The notes under the pieces: generated by a model | Seen by the model: the letters and a program-made list of their open reading frames with translations, nothing else | Told to the model about the DNA's origin: nothing | The model's database searches: none | Part shown: piece after piece, positions 8,594 through 16,824 of the stretch | Numbering within the stretch: the first letter of the stretch is position 1 | How the letters are laid out: every line of letters begins with the position of its first letter | From: Eubacteriales bacterium | Lineage (GTDB): Bacteria; Bacillota; Clostridia; Oscillospirales; QAKW01 | Assembly (NCBI GenBank): GCA_045596965.1 | Contig: JAZODI010000054.1 | Location: forward strand, 1 to 54,767 | Direction of reading: 5' to 3' | DNA: 54,767 nt | Translations under genes and position numbers: made by a program

Positions 8594-9178
8594 ATGCTTG
8601 TGAAGGTGCTGGATGAAAATCGGGTAAAAATATTGATGGAAGATCAGGATATTGAGCAATATGATCTTCCTTTTGAAAAATTGAATTATGATGATCCTTA
8701 TTCGCGGGCGTTTATCTATAACCTGATTGAAAAGACCTACGATCAAACCGGTTTGAATTTTCGGGATAGCCGATTGATCATCGAAGTTGTGCCGGGGTTT
8801 TCGAGATCCTATTATATTTTGCTAACGAAAATTGAAAAGGAAGGGAAAGAAAAAATTGAATTTGATAAGTCTGAATCTGTTGAAACGGAAATGTATGTTT
8901 TTCGATTGGAATGTGCGCATGATGTTTTTAGGTTTCTGGAGCGACGGGGAGTTTTTTATCCGGAAAAGATAGCTCTATATTTATTAAACGATCATTTTTA
9001 TCTGACGTTATGTTATGGAGCCGAGACAGTGAAAAAAGCGGAATTTGGGCGTTATATAAAGGGGTTGGAGGAGTTTGGGTCTCGATGCCGTTATCATTAT
9101 GCTAATGAATCCATACTTAAAGAATGGGGAATATTGCTCGCGGGGCCGGATGCAGTATTGGGGTTAAACGAATGGTGA
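8594..9178 (+). CDS. mecA: MecA-like adaptor protein (Clp adaptor family)
   Basis: N-terminus MLVKVLDENRVKILMEDQDIEQYDL and C-terminus (YLLNDHFYLTL...EEFG...ILKEWG) mirror the MecA architecture. ATG at 8594 follows GGGAGG. Confidence 0.65.
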   Translation: MLVKVLDENRVKILMEDQDIEQYDLPFEKLNYDDPYSRAFIYNLIEKTYDQTGLNFRDSRLIIEVVPGFSRSYYILLTKIEKEGKEKIEFDKSESVETEMYVFRLECAHDVFRFLERRGVFYPEKIALYLLNDHFYLTLCYGAETVKKAEFGRYIKGLEEFGSRCRYHYANESILKEWGILLAGPDAVLGLNEW

Positions 9179-9292
9179 TTTTGGATGGAAAGGAAAAAAA
9201 CTTTGCACTCTAAATGATGCCATTTTAAATCAATCAACTTTTATGAATCATTTTCATAGGATAAATGGGCCGTAATTACTTCTTTTAAGGAG

Positions 9293-9487
9293 ATGATTCT
9301 GTTGGAATTACCTGTTAAAAGTGCCACCTATGCTATGAAGGGAAGGCAACTGCTTCACCTCCATGGGATAAGGGCTTATGTTGGGAAACGGAGCGGGGAA
9401 GACGGGTGTTATTACTACTTGAATGTTGCGGATAAAAACCTTGCCGTAGCCCGGCAACTTTTAATGAATGAAGAGATTTTAAAGTGA
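9293..9487 (+). CDS. DUF3343-like small protein (putative S/Se carrier-like)
   Basis: About 60 aa with the family-typical pattern (ATYAMKGRQLL...GI.A...). Sits directly upstream of a class V aminotransferase/desulfurase. The start is ambiguous: ATG at 9293 abuts the GGAG, while TTG at 9302 is better spaced. Confidence 0.5.
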   Translation: MILLELPVKSATYAMKGRQLLHLHGIRAYVGKRSGEDGCYYYLNVADKNLAVARQLLMNEEILK

Positions 9488-9511
9488 AATTGATAACTGG
9501 AGGAATGCGGA

Positions 9512-10639
9512 TTGATCTATTTTGATAACGGGGCATCCTCCCATCCGAAACCTCAATGTGTCGTTAAAGCGGTGGGGGACTGGCTTCGAAAAAATGCTTC
9601 AAATCCGGGCCGTAGCGGGCATCGATTATCGATGGAATCGGCCGAATTGGTTTATAACACCAGGGTTGTATTGGGCGGTCTATTCGGTCTGGAAAAGGCA
9701 GAAAATGTCATTTTAGTGCCAAATGCCACCTATGCTATGAACATGGTTCTATTGGGTCTCTTTGAAAAAGGAGATCATATTATAACAACCGATTTAGAAC
9801 ACAATAGTGTTCTACGCCCCCTTTGGCATCTGCAGAGCAAGGGTGTGGAAGTATCGGTGATTAAAGTGGATTTTGAGGATGATGAAAAGACAATTGAAAA
9901 AATGATGCGGTCGATTCGGAGTCAAACCAAGGCAATCGTTTGTACCCAATGCTCTAATATTTGCGGACGGATTTTGCCCATCGAAAGGATCGCGGCGCGA
10001 AAACCGAAGGATGTTCTTTTGATCGTCGACGGATCGCAAGGAGCGGGAACAATCCCGATCAATGTTGTGGAGGGTGGAGTTGATTATTATTGTGCTCCTT
10101 CCCATAAGGGATTATTGGGCCCGCAGGGCGGTGGGTTGATATTGATCAACAACAGAAGTCCCCGTCCGCTGATATATGGCGGAACCGGAACGGAAAGTTT
10201 AAATCCGGAGCAGCCGATGGCGTTGCCTGAGCATCTGGAGAGCGGCACATTACCAACGGCGATTTGCGCCGGTATGCTTGCTGCTGCCAACTATATAAAA
10301 GACTTAGGTTGGAAGAAAATATATAACCACAAACGGGCTTTGACTGATTATGCCTATGATGAATTGCACACCGTTTCTGGGATTGAACTTTATATGTACC
10401 CGTATGCTTCCAAATGTTTGGGGGTAATTCCGTTTAATATGGCTGGAAAACATTCCGGTGATACGGTTGCGTATTTGGATCAGAAGGGGATTTGCACCCG
10501 AGGCGGGATTCACTGCGCTCCGCTCTTTCATTTGCGCATGGGAACGCAGGTGCGAGGGATGGTTCGGATCAGTTTTGGTTGCTTCAATAACGACCGCGAG
10601 ATTGATCAATTGGTTCGTGCGCTTAAAAATTTTAAATAA
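9512..10639 (+). CDS. Class V aminotransferase, cysteine desulfurase / selenocysteine lyase family
   Basis: IYFDNGASS N-terminus, PSHKGLLGPQG (PLP lysine motif SxHK), C-terminal GIHCAP (active-site Cys loop). TTG start with GGAGG upstream. Confidence 0.8.
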   Translation: MIYFDNGASSHPKPQCVVKAVGDWLRKNASNPGRSGHRLSMESAELVYNTRVVLGGLFGLEKAENVILVPNATYAMNMVLLGLFEKGDHIITTDLEHNSVLRPLWHLQSKGVEVSVIKVDFEDDEKTIEKMMRSIRSQTKAIVCTQCSNICGRILPIERIAARKPKDVLLIVDGSQGAGTIPINVVEGGVDYYCAPSHKGLLGPQGGGLILINNRSPRPLIYGGTGTESLNPEQPMALPEHLESGTLPTAICAGMLAAANYIKDLGWKKIYNHKRALTDYAYDELHTVSGIELYMYPYASKCLGVIPFNMAGKHSGDTVAYLDQKGICTRGGIHCAPLFHLRMGTQVRGMVRISFGCFNNDREIDQLVRALKNFK

Positions 10640-10653
10640 TTTTTATAAAACTA

Positions 10654-10682
10654 TTTATTTTATAATCAATCTATGTTATAAT
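10654..10682 (+). promoter_or_regulatory. Extended -10 promoter candidate for cdaA-cdaR
   Basis: TGtTATAAT at 10674-10682 with a weak -35 (TTTATT) 17 nt upstream. Confidence 0.4.
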
Positions 10683-10750
10683 GCTTATAACTATGGAATT
10701 ATTTGAGCGCAGGTTCTAAAATATACGGAAAGAAAGAGTTGTGGGTGTAA

Positions 10751-11587
10751 ATGTTTGCGGATTTTTTCGGTCATTTGCTAAATGTGTTTCGTACAATTCA
10801 GTGGCAGGATTGTATTGATATCCTGGTCGTTGGCTATTTGATCTACAATGTATTACGGTTTATCAAACAGACAAGGGCAGGCCACTTGTTGCGCGGTCTG
10901 GTGCTTTTGCTGGTCTTGATCTTGATGGCCCGTTGGCTCAATTTGAGCGCGGTGGGCTATTTGATGAATAACGTCCTGCAATTGAGCTTCATTACCATTA
11001 TTATCGTTTTTCAGCCGGAGCTTCGCTCTCTTTTGGAAAAATTGGGTAGAATCAATTTTTCAAACGTATTGCCGTTTTCTAAAGCGGGGAATACCGAGCG
11101 AGATCGAGTTGAGATGGCGATCGATCATGTCTGCGATTGTTGCGCAGATCTTTCTGCACGGCGGATCGGCGGATTGCTTGTCTTTGAAAATACGACCAAA
11201 CTGGGTGATATCGCATCAACGGGGACTCAATTAGATTGTGAACTTTCGGCTCAGGCGCTTGTTACCATCTTTTTCCCCAATACCCCATTGCATGACGGTG
11301 CGGTTTTTGTTCGCGATTTCCGCATTGTATCTGCCGGATGTTTGTTGCCCTTGAGTCAACGCTTGGAGATCAGCAAGGCGCTGGGGACCCGTCATCGCGC
11401 GGCGGTAGGTTTGAGCGAGATTTCGGACGCAATCGTCGTTGTTGTCTCTGAAGAGACCGGCAAGATCTCTTATGCGCAAAACGGTGAGATTCACCTGGGA
11501 ATCGTAACGGATGAATTGCGCGACGTACTGAAGGCAACCTTCCTCTCCGATCAAAAGAAAATTATGAGCGCGGAGGTGGAAGCATGA
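10751..11587 (+). CDS. cdaA: Diadenylate cyclase CdaA (c-di-AMP synthase)
   Basis: Three N-terminal TM helices plus a DisA_N domain: PLHDGAVFVRD, GTRHRAAVGLSE, VVVVSEETGKISYA. Confidence 0.92.
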   Translation: MFADFFGHLLNVFRTIQWQDCIDILVVGYLIYNVLRFIKQTRAGHLLRGLVLLLVLILMARWLNLSAVGYLMNNVLQLSFITIIIVFQPELRSLLEKLGRINFSNVLPFSKAGNTERDRVEMAIDHVCDCCADLSARRIGGLLVFENTTKLGDIASTGTQLDCELSAQALVTIFFPNTPLHDGAVFVRDFRIVSAGCLLPLSQRLEISKALGTRHRAAVGLSEISDAIVVVVSEETGKISYAQNGEIHLGIVTDELRDVLKATFLSDQKKIMSAEVEA

Positions 11588-12828
11588 AATACGATCTGAA
11601 AGCAAAATTTCTCGGCTTTTTCAGTAACAACTGGCAACTAAAGTTGATCTCATTGTTGCTTGCCGTTGTTCTCTGGTTTGTAATCTGCGAATATGTTGAT
11701 CCCGAAACAGATACGCCCGTTTCCAATATCAAGATTACGATGGAGTATGAAGGCTCTGTTCCTCAAAAAGAAGGGCTTGGAATCATGACGGCGATCGATG
11801 AAACGGTTTCTATCCGCGTCAGTGGATCGCGGGATGCGGTTGCGCTGATGGATCATCAGAAAATCACTGCATCGCTGGATCTGAGCAATGTTACCCGAAG
11901 CGGGGAATATGACCTCCCGGTGAAGATCAATCTGGGGAATCAGAACCTGAAATTGGAAGAACAGTCGATTGAATCGATCAAAGTGCAATTTGATACAAAT
12001 ATCGTTTCGAATGTAAAGATCAACGTCAAAGTGAAGGGCGCGGTTCAAGAGGGATATATACGCGAAGAGCCGAAAATGCTCAATAACTATATTAACGTTA
12101 CGGGGCCCAAAGCAATTGTTGAAACCATTGTTTCTGCCGAGGTGGAGATTGAGCAGGAGACCTTCCTGGAGACCAGCACCTTTAATTGTGCTTATAAGTT
12201 TCTTGATAAGAACGGCAAAGAGATTCCTAAAACGTTCCTTACTACCGATGTGCCGACTGTGGATGTTACCGTTGCAGTGGTCAAGGAAAAGACTGTTCCC
12301 ATGACGGTTACGATCGTTAATAGCAGCGGTGGATCGGATCAAGCATTCTGCATTGCTAAGGTTCAGCCTGAAACGATTAAGATTACAGGAAATGAAGAAA
12401 CCTTGAATGCGATCAATGCGATCGATCTTGGCGTTATTGATGTTGCAGAAAACACCAAGGATTTTGAAACGACGGTACCGGTTGTTCTCCCCAATGGAGT
12501 GAATAATGTTAAGAACATTGAAACTGCGAAGGTTACCGTTAAATTTAACGATATTCAGACTCGTACCATTCGGGTAAACAATATCAACCTTCAAAATGTC
12601 CCCAAGGGAACCGATGCAAAGGTGAGTGAAAAATCCATCTCCATCAAGGTGCGCGGAATTTCGGAGGACATTAACCGTTTAAATGCCGAGGATATCAAAG
12701 TCGTTGTGGATGCAAACGATCAGATTTTGCCTGCCGGAACCAATCGGATGAACGCGTTGGTCGTTTTTCCAAAGGATTATAAAGTGGGCGCAGTTGGAAA
12801 ATATCAGTTGACGGTTGTGGTATCATAA
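11584..12828 (+). CDS. cdaR: CdaR (YbbR-domain regulator of CdaA)
   Basis: ATGA overlap with the cdaA stop. N-terminal TM helix followed by repeated beta-rich YbbR-like modules. Confidence 0.8.
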   Translation: MKYDLKAKFLGFFSNNWQLKLISLLLAVVLWFVICEYVDPETDTPVSNIKITMEYEGSVPQKEGLGIMTAIDETVSIRVSGSRDAVALMDHQKITASLDLSNVTRSGEYDLPVKINLGNQNLKLEEQSIESIKVQFDTNIVSNVKINVKVKGAVQEGYIREEPKMLNNYINVTGPKAIVETIVSAEVEIEQETFLETSTFNCAYKFLDKNGKEIPKTFLTTDVPTVDVTVAVVKEKTVPMTVTIVNSSGGSDQAFCIAKVQPETIKITGNEETLNAINAIDLGVIDVAENTKDFETTVPVVLPNGVNNVKNIETAKVTVKFNDIQTRTIRVNNINLQNVPKGTDAKVSEKSISIKVRGISEDINRLNAEDIKVVVDANDQILPAGTNRMNALVVFPKDYKVGAVGKYQLTVVVS

Positions 12829-12832
12829 AACG

Positions 12833-12866
12833 ATCCGGCCTTTAGAAGATAAAGGCCGGATTCCTT
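12833..12866 (+). terminator. Hairpin/terminator after cdaR
   Basis: ATCCGGCCTTTA-GAAGA-TAAAGGCCGGAT. The T-tract is weak (TCCTTT). Confidence 0.55.
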
Positions 12867-12879
12867 TGCGCAAAGGAAG

Positions 12880-13290
12880 GTGTATATTTTGGATACAGAG
12901 GGGAAAGTGATTTGTATCAATGGAACATCTGCCGTTGTTGAGGTGATCCGCAGGGGTGCCTGCGGCGGAAACTGCACCGATTGCTCCGGATGCAAAGAGC
13001 TATCCATGCAGGTGGAAGTGTTGGCGGAAATTCCTGCTTCTCCCGGGGATCGAGTTTTGATCTCTTCTAAGCAACAGCCGATTTTATTGGGGCTGTTTGT
13101 TGTGTTTATTCTCCCTTTATTGTTGCCGGTAGGTGTGTATCTTTTAACAATGCAAACCGGCTTTGGAGGGTTATATGCGACGTTGGCGGTCATCGTTGCG
13201 ATAATATTGATCTGGTCTTTAAGTAAGAGCAGTTGGTATTTAAAGAAGACAAAACCGCATATAATTCGCGTGATTTCAGAAAAGAGGTAA
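12880..13290 (+). CDS. RseC/MucC (SoxR-reducing system)-family membrane protein
   Basis: N-terminal soluble Cys-rich segment (ACGGNCTDCSGC) followed by two TM helices, the typical RseC layout. GTG start; an alternative TTG lies 3 codons in. Confidence 0.6.
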   Translation: MYILDTEGKVICINGTSAVVEVIRRGACGGNCTDCSGCKELSMQVEVLAEIPASPGDRVLISSKQQPILLGLFVVFILPLLLPVGVYLLTMQTGFGGLYATLAVIVAIILIWSLSKSSWYLKKTKPHIIRVISEKR

Positions 13291-13294
13291 AAAG

Positions 13295-14593
13295 ATGAAC
13301 TATTTAAAGGCAAAAAATGAAGAACTACTGAAGGAATTGGAAGAACTGCGTTCGCAGTATTCTTGTTTTATGGAGAATGTTCTCCGCTTGGATATTACTC
13401 GCGGAAAGCCCAGCGCAGAGCAGCTGGAATTGAGCGAGGATATGCTGGGCATTCTTTCTTCGAGCGAAGATTGCTTTGCGGTCAACGGCTTGGACTGCCG
13501 CAATTATGGGGTGTTGGACGGAATTCCTGAGGCAAAAAAGTTATTTGCAGATGTTTTCTCGATTCGACCCGAGCAAATGATCTTAGGTGGAAATTCCAGC
13601 TTGAATATGATGTATGATGCGGTTTGCCGCGCATTCTGCTTTGGTAATCTGGATAGCATCCGCCCTTGGTGCAAGGAAGAAAAAATCAAGTTCCTTTGCC
13701 CCTCTCCCGGCTATGACCGCCACTTTGGCGTTTGCGAACAGTTTAATATCGAGATGATCCCCGTTCCCATGAAAGAGGATGGCCCCGATATGGATATGGT
13801 TGAAGCTCTTGTTTCAGAAGATGAAGCGATTAAGGGTATCTGGAGCGTTCCTAAATATTCCAATCCCACCGGAATTATTTATTCCGACGAGGTGGTTCGC
13901 CGGTTTGCCAACCTGAAGCCCAAGGCTCCCGATTTCAGAATCTTTTGGGATAACGCCTATGCAGTTCATCATTTATATGATGAGGAGCCCGAGATCCTTG
14001 ATATTTTAGATGAGTGCGAAAAAGCAGGAAATCCGAATATGGCCTATGTGTTTGGCTCTACCTCTAAGATTTCCTATCCCGGAAGCGGTGTTGCTTTTAT
14101 CGCCTCCAGCATTGAGAATATTGAACATATGAAAAAGCAGATCGGGATGCAGACCATTGGCCCCGATAAGCTCAATCAATTGCGCCATGTTCGCATGTTT
14201 CCCTCGAAGGAACACCTGATGGAGCAGATGCGTAAACATGCTGATCTCTTGCGTCCTAAATTCGAGGCTGTTTTGAATATTCTGGAGCGGGATCTTGGCG
14301 ATAAGGAAATTGCAACTTGGAGCAAGCCTTTGGGCGGCTATTTTATCAGCTTTGATTCCATGCCCGGCTGCGCTACCCGCATCTATAATCTTTGCGGCGA
14401 AGCAGGGGTTGCGCTCACAACCGTAGGTGCCACCTTCCCGTATGGGAAAGATCCTGAGGATACCAACATTCGGTTGTCACCCTCCTTCCCGCCGGTTGAA
14501 GAGCTTGTAATTGCAATGGAGCGGTTTACCGTTTGCGCGCGCATTGCTTCTATTGAAAAAATCCTTGCAGATCGAGGCGTATCTGCTTGCTGA
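13295..14593 (+). CDS. PLP-dependent aminotransferase, class I/II fold
   Basis: GGNSSLNMMYD, YSNPTG, FWDNAYAVHHL, STSKISYPGSGVAF (PLP-Lys region). Confidence 0.75.
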   Translation: MNYLKAKNEELLKELEELRSQYSCFMENVLRLDITRGKPSAEQLELSEDMLGILSSSEDCFAVNGLDCRNYGVLDGIPEAKKLFADVFSIRPEQMILGGNSSLNMMYDAVCRAFCFGNLDSIRPWCKEEKIKFLCPSPGYDRHFGVCEQFNIEMIPVPMKEDGPDMDMVEALVSEDEAIKGIWSVPKYSNPTGIIYSDEVVRRFANLKPKAPDFRIFWDNAYAVHHLYDEEPEILDILDECEKAGNPNMAYVFGSTSKISYPGSGVAFIASSIENIEHMKKQIGMQTIGPDKLNQLRHVRMFPSKEHLMEQMRKHADLLRPKFEAVLNILERDLGDKEIATWSKPLGGYFISFDSMPGCATRIYNLCGEAGVALTTVGATFPYGKDPEDTNIRLSPSFPPVEELVIAMERFTVCARIASIEKILADRGVSAC

Positions 14594-14613
14594 ATTTAAA
14601 GGGGGAGTAAAAG

Positions 14614-15399
14614 ATGGAGATCGGGATGTCCTTGGCTTGCTTTTACCCCATGGAACCGGAACACGCTTTAGTGCAGGCGGCAAAGCTGAATATCCGCGTT
14701 TGTGAAATTTTCTTAAATACCTTCAGCGAGCTGGATGAGAAATATCTGATTGCTCTGCGTAATGATTGCGACCGCTATGGTATTCGTGTCCATTCCATCC
14801 ATCCGTTTACCAGTTTCCTGGAAAACTATTTGTTTTTTTCTCCCTATCCTCGCCGTATCGTAGATGCTACGGAATTTTACCGCAAATATACCGAGGCGGC
14901 CAAAATCCTCGGTGCGGGGATGATTAATATTCACGGCGATCGAGGCGTGGGGGTGGAGAGCATCGAAGACTATGTATGCCGGGCGGCGCCGATGCTCAAA
15001 CTTCAGGAACAGACAGGGATCCTCTTTTCCATGGAAAACGTTTTTTATAATAGCGTCAATCACCCTGAATTTGTTGCACGCCTGCGCCAAAAGGTTCCCG
15101 AGGTCCGTTTTACCTTGGATATAAAGCAGGCGTTTAAAGGCGGGCAGGATGCCTATTTACTGGCCGAGGCAATGGGTGGATCTATTGTGAATTTTCATGT
15201 TAACGATCGGGATGAAGAGCATATCTGCCTTCTCCCCGGCCAAGGAACCGTTGATTATACAAGGCTGAAGGTTCTCTTGGATCAAGTGGGTTACCAAGGG
15301 CCTGCTTTAATCGAGGTATATCGAAATAATTTTGTGGAGAGCGACGAAATTCTATCCTCCAAAGCCTTTTTGGAAGAAAAATTTTTACTTGCAAAATAA
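14614..15399 (+). CDS. Xylose-isomerase-like TIM-barrel protein (sugar phosphate isomerase/epimerase family)
   Basis: Family-typical spacing of HG / E / H.ND metal-site motifs (INIHGD, FSMEN, FHVNDRD). RBS GGGGGAG upstream. Confidence 0.7.
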   Translation: MEIGMSLACFYPMEPEHALVQAAKLNIRVCEIFLNTFSELDEKYLIALRNDCDRYGIRVHSIHPFTSFLENYLFFSPYPRRIVDATEFYRKYTEAAKILGAGMINIHGDRGVGVESIEDYVCRAAPMLKLQEQTGILFSMENVFYNSVNHPEFVARLRQKVPEVRFTLDIKQAFKGGQDAYLLAEAMGGSIVNFHVNDRDEEHICLLPGQGTVDYTRLKVLLDQVGYQGPALIEVYRNNFVESDEILSSKAFLEEKFLLAK

Positions 15400-15453
15400 T
15401 TTCAATTAAGATATAATACTAAGTGCTATTTTATGAAAGGTGGTGACCACTCA

Positions 15454-15909
15454 ATGAAGTGTCCGTTTTGCGGTTGTCCGGAGAGTAAGGTCATCGATTC
15501 CAGACCGACAGACGATGAAGAAAAGATCCGTCGGCGCCGTGAATGCACCAAGTGCAGTAAACGGTTTACAACCTTTGAGGCGATTGAAACCATCCCCCTG
15601 GTTGTGATTAAAAAAGACAAAACACGCGAGCCGTTCTCGAAAGAGAAGATCATGAAGGGTTTGCTCCGCGCTTGTGAAAAGCGCCCGGTCAGCGTGGCAG
15701 AGATGGAAAAAATCGTATCGGATGTTGAATCGGTGCTTTATAATTCCATGGAGAAGGAGATAACAACCCAATATATCGGCGAACTGGTGATGGAGTCTTT
15801 AAAGACCTTGGACGAAGTTTCCTATGTGCGTTATGCCTCGGTGCATCGTCAGTTTAAGGATATTAACTCCTTCTATGAAGAAGTGCTCAAGTTGTTGAAG
15901 AAAGGTTAA
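15454..15909 (+). CDS. nrdR: Transcriptional repressor NrdR
   Basis: MKCPFCG...[12 protein letters not shown] zinc ribbon plus an ATP-cone. The ATG at 15454 is preferred over the track start at 15433. Confidence 0.93.
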   Translation: MKCPFCGCPESKVIDSRPTDDEEKIRRRRECTKCSKRFTTFEAIETIPLVVIKKDKTREPFSKEKIMKGLLRACEKRPVSVAEMEKIVSDVESVLYNSMEKEITTQYIGELVMESLKTLDEVSYVRYASVHRQFKDINSFYEEVLKLLKKG

Positions 15910-16451
15910 TGCTCATGAAGCAATGCGTTAATGTTGTTCAGGAAGAATATGATGGTGAGCTTCATTTTTCCATCATCGATCATTCCATCGAACCCGATGC
16001 CTGCGTTATTACTATCGGGGCTATGGATGGAGAAGAATTGATCGGAGTTAAGGTGACGGTTCCGATGCTGACGAAACGGTTGGCTTTTAAGGTGTTTCAG
16101 TTTATTATGCCTTCCGGGCAGGTGAAGTTCTCATCGATTGGGGAGAAGAGTGATCGCTTGATTCAGACTTTGGTGAAATATTTTCACCCCAATTACGAAG
16201 CTTCGGATGGCTTTTCGGAGGATGAGGTAGAAATTGATTATAAACTGCGTAATCAAGCGGGTTATGATCTGAATCGAGATAAGATCTATCTCAAATTGTT
16301 CTATGATGAAGAGCAGGATGAAGATCTGCCCAAAAATGAGCGCATCCACCTGAACATGAGTTTTACCTTTAACCTTTCGCGGGAGTCTGCCAGCCTGATT
16401 GAAACGCAGGAAGGGTATTCTGCCGATTTGGTTGCATTTTTAATGAAATAA
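15909..16451 (+). CDS. Hypothetical acidic protein (180 aa), translationally coupled to nrdR
   Basis: TAATG overlap with the nrdR stop codon. No motif I recognise. A hairpin follows the stop codon. Confidence 0.6.
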   Translation: MLMKQCVNVVQEEYDGELHFSIIDHSIEPDACVITIGAMDGEELIGVKVTVPMLTKRLAFKVFQFIMPSGQVKFSSIGEKSDRLIQTLVKYFHPNYEASDGFSEDEVEIDYKLRNQAGYDLNRDKIYLKLFYDEEQDEDLPKNERIHLNMSFTFNLSRESASLIETQEGYSADLVAFLMK

Positions 16452-16455
16452 TTTA

Positions 16456-16482
16456 TTACTGCGCTTTATAAAAGCGCAGTAA
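16456..16482 (+). terminator. Hairpin after the 15909 gene (possible terminator or tRNA-processing boundary)
   Basis: TTACTGCGCTTT-ATA-AAAGCGCAGTAA with no clear T-tract. It ends 4 nt before tRNA-Thr. Confidence 0.45.
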
Positions 16483-16486
16483 ATAT

Positions 16487-16562
16487 GCTGGAGTGGCGCA
16501 GCCGGTAGCGCAACTGATTCGTAATCAGTAGGTCGTGGGTTCAAATCCCATCTCCAGCTCCA
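16487..16562 (+). tRNA. tRNA-Thr (anticodon CGT), CCA encoded
   Basis: Folds by hand into a cloverleaf: acceptor GCTGGAG/CTCCAGC, D stem GCGC/GCGC, anticodon stem ACTGA/TCAGT with loop TTCGTAA, T arm GTGGG-TTCAAAT-CCCAT, 3' TCCA. Confidence 0.95.
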
Positions 16563-16596
16563 AAAACCTCTCGTTCTTCGGAACGAGAGGTTTTTT
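16562..16596 (+). terminator. Rho-independent terminator after tRNA-Thr
   Basis: AAAAACCTCTCGTTC-TTCG-GAACGAGAGGTTTTT plus T. Confidence 0.85.
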
Positions 16597-16598
16597 AT

Positions 16599-16777
16599 CC
16601 AAGCCGACAGGCTTGGTATATCATCAACACGACATTGCCGTGTTGTATCTCATCAGTCCGTTAGGACTGTATATCATCACGCGAAGAGTGTATTTCTGTA
16701 GGCTTGATGATATACAAAACTTCGTTTTGATGATATGCAATTCCTTGCGGAATTGATGATATACAATGCTCCGCATT
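16599..16777. repeat. Array of a 12-nt motif (3 forward, 3 inverted copies) interleaved with six different perfect mini-hairpins
   Basis: TATATCATCA at 16617-16626, TGTATCTCATCA at 16644-16655, TGTATATCATCA at 16668-16679. Inverted copies: TGATGATATACA at 16705-16716, TGATGATATGCA at 16728-16739, TGATGATATACA at 16754-16765. Hairpins at 16599-16616, 16626-16644, 16656-16667, 16716-16728, 16739-16754, 16765-16777. Confidence 0.8.
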
Positions 16778-16804
16778 GATTTATTTTTATCTTTATGCTA
16801 TACT
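16776..16804 (+). promoter_or_regulatory. SigmaA-type promoter (extended -10) for the small membrane-protein gene
   Basis: TTGATT, 17 nt spacer, TGcTATACT. The -35 is itself a truncated copy of the TTGATGAT repeat. Confidence 0.6.
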
Positions 16805-16824
16805 ACATTTAAGGCGGTGATATT

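Noticed and set aside
16571-16585. CGTTC-N4-GAACG in the tRNA-Thr terminator stem, resembling a LexA (Cheo) box.
   Set aside because: The half-sites are in the opposite order from the CGAAC-N4-GTTCG consensus. The sequence is fully explained as the inner stem of a terminator hairpin.
16535-16756. A 73-aa ORF spanning the tRNA-Thr 3' end, its terminator and the repeat array.
   Set aside because: It starts inside the tRNA, has no RBS, and its sequence is dictated by the hairpins and repeats. It is spurious.
16617-16765. Could the 12-nt repeat array be a CRISPR array?
   Set aside because: The repeats are only 12 nt, the spacers only 11-19 nt and themselves palindromic, half the copies are inverted, and no cas genes are nearby. 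This is not CRISPR-like.
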